Source: Promethearchaeota archaeon (lineage in GTDB: Archaea; Asgardarchaeota; Lokiarchaeia; Sigyniarchaeales; SOKP01). Taken from it: a DNA stretch of 32,000 nucleotides. Of the stretch, positions 9,886 to 19,017 are shown piece after piece. The DNA is taken from assembly GCA_030606485.1 (NCBI GenBank), contig JAUWGH010000004.1, positions 297,392 to 329,391 of the forward strand, written 5' to 3'. Under the pieces are notes generated by a model that saw only the letters and a program-made list of their open reading frames with translations, was not told the origin of the DNA and ran no database searches. The position numbers and the translations under genes were made by a program. Within the stretch, counting starts at the first letter, position 1; every line of letters starts with the position of its first letter.

Positions 9886-10884
9886 ATGACGATTGGGAAA
9901 ATTAGAGTTTCTATTGGTAGCGCCACGATTTTAGGATTTACTTCCATAAAACTCGAGAGTCCACCTACTACGATTTATATTATGACTTATAAGAAAGGAA
10001 AATGCATTGCAAATTGCGGTTTTTGTCCTCAAGCGAGAAATTCAAACAGTCCAAATGAAAAATTATCGCGAATCAACTGGCCGATTTTTCCTTTTAAGGA
10101 TTTTTTAACCAAATTGAAATATACTGCTTCTTTAAAAAAATTTCAGAGAATTTGTATTCAAACACTTAATTATGCCGAGAATTTGCAAGACTTAATTGAA
10201 ATTATATCTGAGATTAGAAAAGTTACCAATATACCAATATCTGTGGCAATTCCTCCAATGTCTAAAGAAAGTTTAAGGGATTTAAAATTGTGTGGAGTAC
10301 AAAGAGTAGGAATAGCATTGGATGGCGCAACACAAGAAATTTTCGAAAAAATTAAGGGAATAGGAGTTAATGGTCCGTATTTTTGGCGTTCTCACTTTGA
10401 TAGTTTAAGAGATGCTTTAGATGTTTTTGGAAATGGACTTGTAAGCACTCATATAATAATTGGTTTTGGTGAGACCCAGAAAGAAACATTAAATTTAATT
10501 ACAGAATTGCATAAGTTTTCTATTTTACCCGGGTTATTTGCATTTACTCCTATTGAAGGGACAAAATTTGAAAATATGATCCAGCCAAACATTAGTCACT
10601 TTAGAAAAATACAATTAGGTAGATATCTTCTCATTAATGATTACAAGAAATTAGATGATTTTACATTTAATCAAAAAGGAGATATTATATATTTTAATTT
10701 AAATAAAAAAGAATTAAGAAATTTTGTTGATGAGAGTGAGGCCTTCAGGACTACAGGATGTCCGGGTTGCAATCGTCCTTATTATACTTCTAAACCTTCA
10801 GGACCAATCTATAATTATCCACGAAATTTAAATGAAAATGAGAAAGAAGAAATATATAAATTACTAGAGAGATTAGTAAATTAA
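9886..10884 (+). CDS. Radical SAM protein, BioB-like; probable member of the archaeal two-component lipoyl synthase (LipS1/LipS2) pair
   Basis: CX3CX2C motif (CIANCGFC) in a BioB-like context, GFGETQKE, extra C-terminal cysteines TGCPGCNRPYYTSKPSG; directly followed by an LplA-like gene and a second radical SAM gene. Confidence 0.75.
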   Translation: MTIGKIRVSIGSATILGFTSIKLESPPTTIYIMTYKKGKCIANCGFCPQARNSNSPNEKLSRINWPIFPFKDFLTKLKYTASLKKFQRICIQTLNYAENLQDLIEIISEIRKVTNIPISVAIPPMSKESLRDLKLCGVQRVGIALDGATQEIFEKIKGIGVNGPYFWRSHFDSLRDALDVFGNGLVSTHIIIGFGETQKETLNLITELHKFSILPGLFAFTPIEGTKFENMIQPNISHFRKIQLGRYLLINDYKKLDDFTFNQKGDIIYFNLNKKELRNFVDESEAFRTTGCPGCNRPYYTSKPSGPIYNYPRNLNENEKEEIYKLLERLVN

Positions 10885-10901
10885 TTATTAAGAGTGATAT
10901 T

Positions 10902-11681
10902 ATGGATATTTGGAGATTTTTACCATTAGAAATCAGAGATGGTTATTGGAATATGGCATTAGATGAGTCAATATTACAATCTTGTATTGAAAAAAAAACT
11001 CCAAATACGATTCGTTTATTTAAATGGGATCCTTCTACGGTAACGATTGGATATCATCAGAGTGTTTCAGATGAGGTTAACATAGCTGTTGCTAAAGAGG
11101 AAAAATTTAATATAGTAAGAAGGATAACTGGAGGAGGTACGGTTTTTCATGATTCTAAAGGAGAAATAACTTATTCAGCTGTATGTCCATTAAAATTTTT
11201 AGAGGAAAAGGGATTTACAAGAATGATAGAACAATATGAGATTATTACTCAAGGGATAATTGAAGCCCTTAGTAATTATCATTTAGGATCTGATAAAGGA
11301 GTTATACATTGCCCTGCGATTTTTTTAGATGGAAAAAAGATCTCCGGAAATGCACAAGTTAGAAAAAGAGGATATATATTACAACATGGAACGATATTAT
11401 TAAAAATAAATCCTGAGTTGATGTATTCTGTATTAAAAGCTCCAAATAATGTTCCTACTAAAAAGATGGTGGCTTCAGTGTATGCTAAAGTAATTGGAAT
11501 AAAAGAACAAATTCAAAATTTTAATGAAAATGAATTTATTTCTTATCTTATTAATGGTTTTGAAAAAACTTTAGGAATAAAATTGGAGAAGGGAAAATTT
11601 TCAAAATATGAATTAGATTTAGCAGAAAAATTGGTAATAGAGAAATATAGTTTGGATAAATGGTTATACAAATATGAATAA
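10902..11681 (+). CDS. lplA: Lipoate--protein ligase A family protein (lipoyl transferase catalytic domain)
   Basis: MALDESI, IGYHQSV, RRITGGGTVFHD, DGKKISGNAQVRKRG, ILQHGTILL. Confidence 0.88.
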   Translation: MDIWRFLPLEIRDGYWNMALDESILQSCIEKKTPNTIRLFKWDPSTVTIGYHQSVSDEVNIAVAKEEKFNIVRRITGGGTVFHDSKGEITYSAVCPLKFLEEKGFTRMIEQYEIITQGIIEALSNYHLGSDKGVIHCPAIFLDGKKISGNAQVRKRGYILQHGTILLKINPELMYSVLKAPNNVPTKKMVASVYAKVIGIKEQIQNFNENEFISYLINGFEKTLGIKLEKGKFSKYELDLAEKLVIEKYSLDKWLYKYE

Positions 11682-12744
11682 AATCCAGCAATTACTTAAT
11701 AAAATTAAGGTGGGAAATGCCTCATGGGATGATTACCATAATTTTTTACAATTAGAAGAAAACGATTTAGAAGCTTTTTTTGATCTTTCTCATGAAATTT
11801 CAATTCTAAATTTTGGAAATCAACTTAAGATATATACACCGGGTAAAAGATTTCCGGCTATAAGTATTACAGGAAATAAGTGTGCCTTAGAATGTGAACA
11901 TTGTAATAAAAAATTTTTAGAAGGAATGGAAAAAATTCAAAATTCAATTAAATTAGAAAAATTCTTGCTTAATCACTCAAAAAATAATGGTGTAGGGGCT
12001 TTAATTTCTGGGGGTTGTGATGAAGAAGGAGCGGTCCCTTTAAATGATTTTTTAGATGTGATTAAAAAAGTAAAAAATGAGACTAATTTAATTATAAATA
12101 CACATACTGGATTGTTAACTGAGGAAACGGCAAAAAAATTGGCAGATTCTAATGTTGATATTATATCATTTGATATTAATATGGATGAAGAGATTATCCA
12201 AAATATTTATCATTTGAATAAGAATTTAGAAGATTATAAACGAGCTGTTCAGATTTTAAAAAAGTATAATTTAAATATAGTTCCTCACATTTGTATTGGA
12301 CTATTTTATGGGAGACTTCATAAAGAAATTGAATCTATTAAATTTATCAAACAGAATATTATTAATCCTTCAGTAATTGTATTAATTGTATTAATTCCTC
12401 CCAGATCTTTAGAGGATAAGAATGAAAGATTTGCCACGCCAAATCCAATCGATATTGCAAAGATTGTAACATTAACTAGATTAATTTTTCCTAATACAGA
12501 AATTTCATTAGGTTGTATGCGCCCGAGAGGTTCATTAAAATTTAAAATTGAGAAATATGCAGTTCAAGCAGGAGTTAATAGAATCGAGATTCCTTCCAAA
12601 AAAACTTTAATTTGGGTAAAAGAAAGTTATCCTGGAATTTCATTCAAATTTTATTCTGCCTGTTGTGCAATTCCAGAAAAATTTGAAAAATTTTCTAAAA
12701 GTTCAGATAAAGAAATTAAAAAATATCAAAATTCACAAGAATAA
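11674..12744 (+). CDS. Radical SAM protein, probable partner lipoyl synthase component (LipS1/LipS2-like)
   Basis: Radical SAM CX3CX2C (KCALECEHC), ALISGGCDEEGAVPL, NTHTGLL, FYSACCAIPEKF C-terminal cysteines. Its start overlaps the end of the lplA-like gene by 8 nt. Confidence 0.72.
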   Translation: MNKIQQLLNKIKVGNASWDDYHNFLQLEENDLEAFFDLSHEISILNFGNQLKIYTPGKRFPAISITGNKCALECEHCNKKFLEGMEKIQNSIKLEKFLLNHSKNNGVGALISGGCDEEGAVPLNDFLDVIKKVKNETNLIINTHTGLLTEETAKKLADSNVDIISFDINMDEEIIQNIYHLNKNLEDYKRAVQILKKYNLNIVPHICIGLFYGRLHKEIESIKFIKQNIINPSVIVLIVLIPPRSLEDKNERFATPNPIDIAKIVTLTRLIFPNTEISLGCMRPRGSLKFKIEKYAVQAGVNRIEIPSKKTLIWVKESYPGISFKFYSACCAIPEKFEKFSKSSDKEIKKYQNSQE

Positions 12745-12754
12745 ATGATTTAGA

Positions 12755-13555
12755 ATGATATCAAAAAATCAAATTGAGATAATTGGTGTTCAAGATATTC
12801 CTTTTATAAAAGAAGGAGATAATATTTCGAAAATAATAATAGAATCACTAAAGAAAAACAATATATCCTTAAAGGATAAGGATGTTATTATTATATCTCA
12901 ATCAATTATTTCGAAGAGTAATGGGCGTATTAGAAATTTAAATGTAATTGTACCTAGTAAAAAAGCTATTGAAATATACAAACAGATGAAACCAAAAGCA
13001 GAAAGAGCTGGGATTCCAATAAAACCTCCTGAATTAATTCAGGCAATATTAGAAGAATCGAAAGAAATACTTAAAGTTGAGCATGTGATAATAGTTGAAA
13101 CAAAACATCAAGGATTTATATGTGCTAATGCTGGGGTAGATAAATCAAATGTTGAAGGGATTAACAATGTTACTTTACTACCAGAAAATCCGGATGAGGA
13201 TGCTAGGAGAATAAGAAAAGAATTTAAAGAATTATCAAATAAAGAAGTAGCAGTAATCGTTTCAGATTCTTTTGGAAGACCTTTTCGAGTTGGGACTGTA
13301 GGAGTTGCAATTGGTATTGCTGGAATGAAACCTATTTTAGATAAACGAGGTTGCATGGATTTATATGGGTATAAATTACAAACAACAATAATAGGACAAG
13401 CAGATAATTTGGTATCCGCTGCACAATTAGTAATGGGTGAAAGTAATGAAGGAATTCCAGTAGTGATTATTAGAGGTTATGATTATAATATAGAAGAACA
13501 TGCTTCTATAACATCTATTTTAAGAGAAGATAAATTTGATATTTTTAGGAGTTAA
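12755..13555 (+). CDS. cofE: Coenzyme F420-0:L-glutamate ligase
   Basis: IIISQSIISKSNGRI, CANAGVDKSNVEG, VSDSFGRPFRVGTVGVAIGIAG, DLYGYKLQTTIIGQADNLVSAAQLVMGE are CofE/FbiB N-terminal domain motifs. Confidence 0.93.
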   Translation: MISKNQIEIIGVQDIPFIKEGDNISKIIIESLKKNNISLKDKDVIIISQSIISKSNGRIRNLNVIVPSKKAIEIYKQMKPKAERAGIPIKPPELIQAILEESKEILKVEHVIIVETKHQGFICANAGVDKSNVEGINNVTLLPENPDEDARRIRKEFKELSNKEVAVIVSDSFGRPFRVGTVGVAIGIAGMKPILDKRGCMDLYGYKLQTTIIGQADNLVSAAQLVMGESNEGIPVVIIRGYDYNIEEHASITSILREDKFDIFRS

Positions 13556-13560
13556 TTTTT

Positions 13561-14184
13561 ATGGAAATTATAAATGCATTAAAGAATAGAAGGAGTTATA
13601 AATTTCCTTTTGAAAAAAAAGAGGTTGAAAAGAGAATAATAGATGAATGCATAGAGATTTCTCAATGGGCTCCTTCAGCACATAACTATCAGCCATGGCG
13701 CTACATTATTATCGATAATAAGGAACAACGATTAACTCTAGTGGATAAAATGAATGAAAAATTGAGGAAAGATCTAAAGAATGATTGTAAATCAGAAGAA
13801 GAAATTGAGATAAAAATTAAATTAACTAGAGAACAGTTCTTAAATTCTCCACTTTTGATCCTTTCATGTATGGATTCATCTGTATTGTATATATATCCAG
13901 ATAATGAACGTAATAAGAATGAATTTATCTTAGGAAATTTAAGTGTAGCTAGTTCAATTACATATTTACTTATTTCATTTCAAAAGTATGGATTAGCTTC
14001 TTGCTGGTATTCAGCGCCTTTATTTACAAGAGAAATAGTCTTATCTATATTAAATCTACCTAAAACTTATTATCCCATAGCATTTATTACTGTTGGCTAC
14101 CCAAAAAAAAAAGAGATTAAACCTCCTAATCGCCAACCACTTAATAAGATTCTATTTATTAGCTCAAATTTTATGAAAAATTAA
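13561..14184 (+). CDS. Nitroreductase-family protein resembling the C-terminal domain of actinobacterial FbiB (dehydro-F420-0 reductase)
   Basis: N-terminal RRSYKF, WAPSAHNYQPWRYIII nitroreductase signature, GLASCWYSAP. Located 5 nt after cofE and 8 nt before cofD. Confidence 0.82.
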   Translation: MEIINALKNRRSYKFPFEKKEVEKRIIDECIEISQWAPSAHNYQPWRYIIIDNKEQRLTLVDKMNEKLRKDLKNDCKSEEEIEIKIKLTREQFLNSPLLILSCMDSSVLYIYPDNERNKNEFILGNLSVASSITYLLISFQKYGLASCWYSAPLFTREIVLSILNLPKTYYPIAFITVGYPKKKEIKPPNRQPLNKILFISSNFMKN

Positions 14185-14192
14185 AAGTTTAT

Positions 14193-15140
14193 GTGGATAA
14201 TATGTTGGAAAATTCAAAAATAGTAGTCTTAGCGGGGGGAATAGGTGCAGCACGGTTAATACGAGGTTTAATTGAAGTTTTACCTCAAAAAAAATTTCAA
14301 ATTATCGTCAATACTGGAGATGATATTGAGTTATTTGGGCTAAAAATCTGTCCTGATATCGACATTATAACTTATACAGTAGCAAATTTAGTAGATGAGA
14401 ATAAGGGGTGGGGATTTAAAGATGAGAGTTTTACCTGTTTAAATATTTTAAAAAAATATTATGGTTTTAATTGGTTTAACATTGGAGATAAGGATGCTGC
14501 AACACATATCTACAGAACAGATTTAATGTCAAAAGGATTTTCTAAGTCAGAAGCCACAAAAAAAATTTGTGATAAATTAGGAGTTAAATGTGAGATTATA
14601 CCTATGACTGATACATGGGTGGAAACTCATATAATAACACCGCGTGGAGATATTCATTTTGAAGAATATTTTATTAAGTATAAGACTAATATCGGCATTA
14701 TAGATGTTATTTTTAAGGGAATAGACCAAGCAAAACCAGTTAATGGCGTATTAGAAAAAATTAAGCAAGCGAAAAAAATTATTATATGCCCATCAAATCC
14801 TATTGTATCAATTAAACCAATTTTAGAGGTAAAGGGAATAAGAGCTGCCCTAAAAGAAGTGAAAGAAAAAGTAATTGGAGTTAGTCCTTTAATAAAAGGG
14901 GCTCCAGTAAAAGGTCCAACGGATAAATTAATGAAAGCATTAAATCTTGAAGTATCTTCTTTTGGAATAGCAAAATATTATGCAGATTTTTTAGGACATT
15001 TTATCATTGACATAAGAGATGAAAAATTTACTTTAAAAATTGAAAACCTTGGAATTAAAACCCATTTATATGATATTTTAATGATAAATTTACAAAAAAA
15101 AGTAGCATTAGCAAAATATATTCTAAATTTAGACATATGA
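14193..15140 (+). CDS. cofD: 2-phospho-L-lactate (or phosphoenolpyruvate) transferase of F420 biosynthesis
   Basis: VVLAGGIGAARLIRGL, IVNTGDD, NIGDKDAATHIYRTDL, ICPSNPIVSIKPILEV, SPLIKGAPVKGPTDKLM. Confidence 0.95.
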   Translation: MDNMLENSKIVVLAGGIGAARLIRGLIEVLPQKKFQIIVNTGDDIELFGLKICPDIDIITYTVANLVDENKGWGFKDESFTCLNILKKYYGFNWFNIGDKDAATHIYRTDLMSKGFSKSEATKKICDKLGVKCEIIPMTDTWVETHIITPRGDIHFEEYFIKYKTNIGIIDVIFKGIDQAKPVNGVLEKIKQAKKIIICPSNPIVSIKPILEVKGIRAALKEVKEKVIGVSPLIKGAPVKGPTDKLMKALNLEVSSFGIAKYYADFLGHFIIDIRDEKFTLKIENLGIKTHLYDILMINLQKKVALAKYILNLDI

Positions 15141-15147
15141 AAAGTTA

Positions 15148-16593
15148 TTATGTGATTGAAACCTCTCCCTCTTCTTCAATGATTTCACTCTTTTCCTGTT
15201 CTGTAGAGACTAGATAATCTCCAACAGTAGCTTCAATTTCTTTTATTTCTTTTTCTTCCTTTAATTGACTAATAAGGGCTCGCTTTTTAACATAAGATAT
15301 TATTTGAGCACTTAGAGGGAAAAGTAATATAATTGGCAACATTACAACAAGTATTATTTCCGGTGAGAACATTGCAACACTTCCTGATATTGCCTCCGGT
15401 AAATTCAAAACTGAATTAATTATCCAAGAAGTATGGAGAATAATAAAACCAATAAAGATTAATGCAATTACTCTAATAAAAAAACTGGTGAGAGTTGAAA
15501 CAATGAGTTTAGAAGGTCTTGGTGCGGAACTTGTAGCTGTGAGTGTATCTCTTGCTTCTGAATCTTCTACAAACAATCTTTCTATATAACTCCCTAATCG
15601 CCTTGTATCATGAGCAGCAGAAATCAGTTTCTTTTCCTCTTCTTCTAATTTCTTTTTTAATATCATCTCCTTAATATACGAGAATTTTTGTTCCTTTTTT
15701 CCTAAGAACTTAGAAATTTTTGCCTCCTTTTCAATTCCCAATTCTTCCTTTTTCTTTTTACTTTCTTCTTTAATTTGTTCAATATTTGTTGTAATCTCCA
15801 AGGCTTCTTTTTTTAATACATCTAATTGAGATTCTAACCTTTCAGATCTTTCTAAAGAGGGCATTGATATTAAATTTATATAATTTATTTGAAAGGATAG
15901 ATCTAGATAAATATAAAGTGCAAGTGCCAATTGAAAAATAGAACTTAAAATAAAAGATATAAAGTCATTAACAGGTCTCTCAAGAATAGATGAAAAGAGA
16001 GGATTTGGAAGATCATCCAAATATTCTATACTAATATTAAATAAATTAAACGCATTTCTTAATCCTTCAAAGAATAGTGGGATTATAATCATTCCTACAA
16101 GGCAACCAACTACCCAAAAATTATATTTTGGATTTGTTTGAAGTGTGGATCTGATAAAATTAATAATTAAAAGCAAAAATAAGATTTGGAATGATACATT
16201 ATAAATATCATCCGTTATTAATTCAATTTGATTTAATAAACGACTTGGAATCTGGCCTAAGGATTCTATTGGTCCTTCTGGAAATGCAAACCATGAGTTT
16301 AAAAGACCTTTAAATAAATTATCAAGAAAATTACGCATAAAAGAGGGATCGAAATAGCTATGCCATAAAAACAAGAAAATTACCATCATAGATAATCCTA
16401 TTGCGACTAAATAGAGCAATCCAAAAATTAAATAGCTAACAATATTCTTTAAAGAAGTTATTACATTTATTACTGCAGCAAAGTCAATTAAACTCTGATC
16501 AAAAATCGTATTAAAAATTGCTAAAATCCAAAAAAATACTAAAATATTTGCAACTTTTAATGTTGTTAGATACCATCTTACCATTTTTATCAC
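15148..16593 (-). CDS. Hypothetical multi-pass membrane protein with a long charged coiled-coil segment
   Basis: Multiple hydrophobic segments (VANILVFFWILAIFN, NIVSYLIFGLLYLVAIGLSMMVIFLFLW, FQILFLLLIINFI, etc.) separated by a Lys/Glu-rich helical region (ERLESQLDVLKKEALEITTNIEQIKEESKKKKEELG). Last gene of the operon. Confidence 0.75.
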   Translation of the reverse strand: MIKMVRWYLTTLKVANILVFFWILAIFNTIFDQSLIDFAAVINVITSLKNIVSYLIFGLLYLVAIGLSMMVIFLFLWHSYFDPSFMRNFLDNLFKGLLNSWFAFPEGPIESLGQIPSRLLNQIELITDDIYNVSFQILFLLLIINFIRSTLQTNPKYNFWVVGCLVGMIIIPLFFEGLRNAFNLFNISIEYLDDLPNPLFSSILERPVNDFISFILSSIFQLALALYIYLDLSFQINYINLISMPSLERSERLESQLDVLKKEALEITTNIEQIKEESKKKKEELGIEKEAKISKFLGKKEQKFSYIKEMILKKKLEEEEKKLISAAHDTRRLGSYIERLFVEDSEARDTLTATSSAPRPSKLIVSTLTSFFIRVIALIFIGFIILHTSWIINSVLNLPEAISGSVAMFSPEIILVVMLPIILLFPLSAQIISYVKKRALISQLKEEKEIKEIEATVGDYLVSTEQEKSEIIEEEGEVSIT

Positions 16594-16620
16594 TTTTTTG
16601 TTATTTAAATTTACCCAATT

Positions 16621-17925
16621 TCAATATGCTTTTCCCTTCTTTTTGACTTCTAAGTATTGGGCTAAGATCTGAGACATCATATCATCTGGACCCACACTAA
16701 TAATTGGTACCCCTAATGTTCTAGCACTATGTCTTATCTTTAAAACTTGTTCCATCATTTCTTCTGATATTGCTTCAGCTAGCGCCTTATCACTTGGAGA
16801 TAAATCAACCTCGTGAATTTCAAACCAAGGACTGAATGGACTTATGACGACTAGAGAATGCTTCCACATTACAATTTTTTTAATTCCCTTAATAATATCA
16901 TCAGAAGTTTGCTCTAAATCTGTAATTAAAAACACTAAACTCCTTTTTTGAAATTGTTTATTAATAAAATCCATTGCTTCTTCTAATTTAGTTTTACCAG
17001 ATGGTTTTACTTTTGCGATAAAATCAAGCACTTGATAGAAATGATTGCTCCCACTATTGGGTTCTTTAAAATGATAATTTTTCTTATCTGAAAATAAGAA
17101 AACCCCTACTGAATCTCTTCTCGTAAGTGAAATCTTTGTTAATAACATTGTAGCTCTAATGGCATATTCGAATTTTGTATTTTCAATCGATCCACCTGCC
17201 ATAGATTCTCCACAATCAACCATAATCAGGACTGTAATGTCTCTCTCTGATTCATATTCTTTAACTATGAGTTTCTGATGACGAACACTTGCTTTCCAAT
17301 CTATTAATCTAAATTGGTCTCCAAAAGCATATTTTCTCAATCCAAAGAATTCAGAGCCCAAACCTTTCATCTTTGATCTTTGAATACCATAGTTTAAACT
17401 GAGAGATCTTTTTGAACCAAGAATTTCAATTCGTTTAATATCTTCATAAGGAGGATAAATTAAAATTTTCGTGACTGATTTTGGAACGATTCTTTCTTCA
17501 GAATTAAAACCTAATCTATCTTTTACGATGACGGATAATGGCCCAAATGGATATTCACCTCGTACTCTTGGTTGTAATACGTAGGAAAATTTTATTGTTT
17601 CTTTTGGATCAATTCTTGTTAAAATATGATTTTCTCCTAAAACCAATCTAAAAAGTGTAGGGTTGTAATAATCTCTCACTTCGATAAATTCAAATTTATT
17701 TTTTCCCAAATTCTCTAATATGACTTTTACATGGACAAAATCGTCTTTAAATACCTTATTTTTCTCTAATTCCCTCGTAACTTTGAGATCTTCAATATTT
17801 AATCCTAAATGAAACGATGGCAGGCTGATAATAGTACTAAATAGAAGTATAATTGCAAGAAATATTAAAAAAAAATTGACAAAGGCAAACCCTGCCATTA
17901 AAAAAAATGCAGAGAGCAGTATCAA
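16621..17925 (-). CDS. DUF58 domain-containing protein with vWA-like fold
   Basis: EFFGLRKYAFGDQFRLIDWKASVRHQKLIVKEYESERDITVLIMVDCGESM is the DUF58 signature; two N-terminal hydrophobic segments. Confidence 0.93.
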   Translation of the reverse strand: MILLSAFFLMAGFAFVNFFLIFLAIILLFSTIISLPSFHLGLNIEDLKVTRELEKNKVFKDDFVHVKVILENLGKNKFEFIEVRDYYNPTLFRLVLGENHILTRIDPKETIKFSYVLQPRVRGEYPFGPLSVIVKDRLGFNSEERIVPKSVTKILIYPPYEDIKRIEILGSKRSLSLNYGIQRSKMKGLGSEFFGLRKYAFGDQFRLIDWKASVRHQKLIVKEYESERDITVLIMVDCGESMAGGSIENTKFEYAIRATMLLTKISLTRRDSVGVFLFSDKKNYHFKEPNSGSNHFYQVLDFIAKVKPSGKTKLEEAMDFINKQFQKRSLVFLITDLEQTSDDIIKGIKKIVMWKHSLVVISPFSPWFEIHEVDLSPSDKALAEAISEEMMEQVLKIRHSARTLGVPIISVGPDDMMSQILAQYLEVKKKGKAY

Positions 17926-17972
17926 TAACCGTCCATGTCCCGCTAATATTTTTATACACCAATTTTCTTTTT

Positions 17973-18953
17973 TTAGATAGGAACTGGAAGATCTTCTATA
18001 ATTCTCTTAATAACTGTACTAGAATTAAGACCTTCTAATTCTGCTTCTGGTTTTAATAAAATTCGATGGTTTAATACTGATATACAAAGTGATTTTACGT
18101 CATCAGGAGTTACATAATTCCGTCCTAGAATTGCTGCTCTTGCCTTACCACATTTCATTAACGCCAAACTTGCTCTAGGTCCAGCTCCAAGAGCAATTTG
18201 TGGGTGTTGCCTAGATTTGACTATAATATCTCTGATATATTTTAAAATTCTATCATCGATATATACCATATTTACCAAGTTTTGAATTTGAATTATTTCT
18301 TCTGAATTTGTTATATTTTCAACTTCACTTATATCTCCAGATAATTGTCGGCGAATAATCTCAACCTCATCATCTATATCCGGATAATCAAGCCAAAGTT
18401 TAAAAATGAATCGGTCAACTTGTGCCTCTGGAAGGGGATATGTACCTTCCATTTCTATTGGATTTTCTGTTGCAATGACCATAAATGGTTTTTCTAATAT
18501 CCTAGTTTCATTTTCAATTGTTACTTGCCGTTCAGCCATCGCTTCTAGAAGAGCTGCTTGAGTTTTAGGGGCAGTTCTATTAATTTCATCCGCGAGAACA
18601 ATATTAGCGAAGATTGGTCCTGGCATTAATACAAAACTACCTTCACTTTGATCAAAAATCTTGGAGCCAGTGATGTCTGCAGGTAATAAATCTGGTGTAA
18701 ATTGTACTCTACTAAATGACATACCAAGAACTTTTGCAAAAGTCTTAGCCATGACTGTTTTTCCTAAACCTGGCACGCCTTCTAACAGAACATGACCGTT
18801 TACTAGAAGAGCGATAAAAAGGTGCTGCATGATTTCTCCATATCCTACAATAACGCATGCTACTTCTGAAAGAACATTTTGTGCAACATTTCTTACTGGA
18901 GATAGGTCAAATTCTTGTCCAAATCGGTCTTTTACTTTTTTTGGTGCTTCCAT
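17973..18953 (-). CDS. MoxR-family AAA+ ATPase
   Basis: LLEGVPGLGKTVMAKTFAK (Walker A), RVQFTPDLLPADITGS, ANIVLADEINRTAPKTQAALLEAMAERQVTIE (Walker B/sensor), ATENPIEMEGTYPLPEAQVDRFIFK. Confidence 0.97.
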   Translation of the reverse strand: MEAPKKVKDRFGQEFDLSPVRNVAQNVLSEVACVIVGYGEIMQHLFIALLVNGHVLLEGVPGLGKTVMAKTFAKVLGMSFSRVQFTPDLLPADITGSKIFDQSEGSFVLMPGPIFANIVLADEINRTAPKTQAALLEAMAERQVTIENETRILEKPFMVIATENPIEMEGTYPLPEAQVDRFIFKLWLDYPDIDDEVEIIRRQLSGDISEVENITNSEEIIQIQNLVNMVYIDDRILKYIRDIIVKSRQHPQIALGAGPRASLALMKCGKARAAILGRNYVTPDDVKSLCISVLNHRILLKPEAELEGLNSSTVIKRIIEDLPVPI

Positions 18954-19017
18954 TTTTTCTCACTTTTTAATTATTTATTTATAATTAATTTTTTTTTAAT
19001 GATTTAATTTTAGGCAA

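Noticed and set aside
13108-13356. 82-aa minus-strand ORF
   Set aside because: Antisense to conserved cofE motifs.
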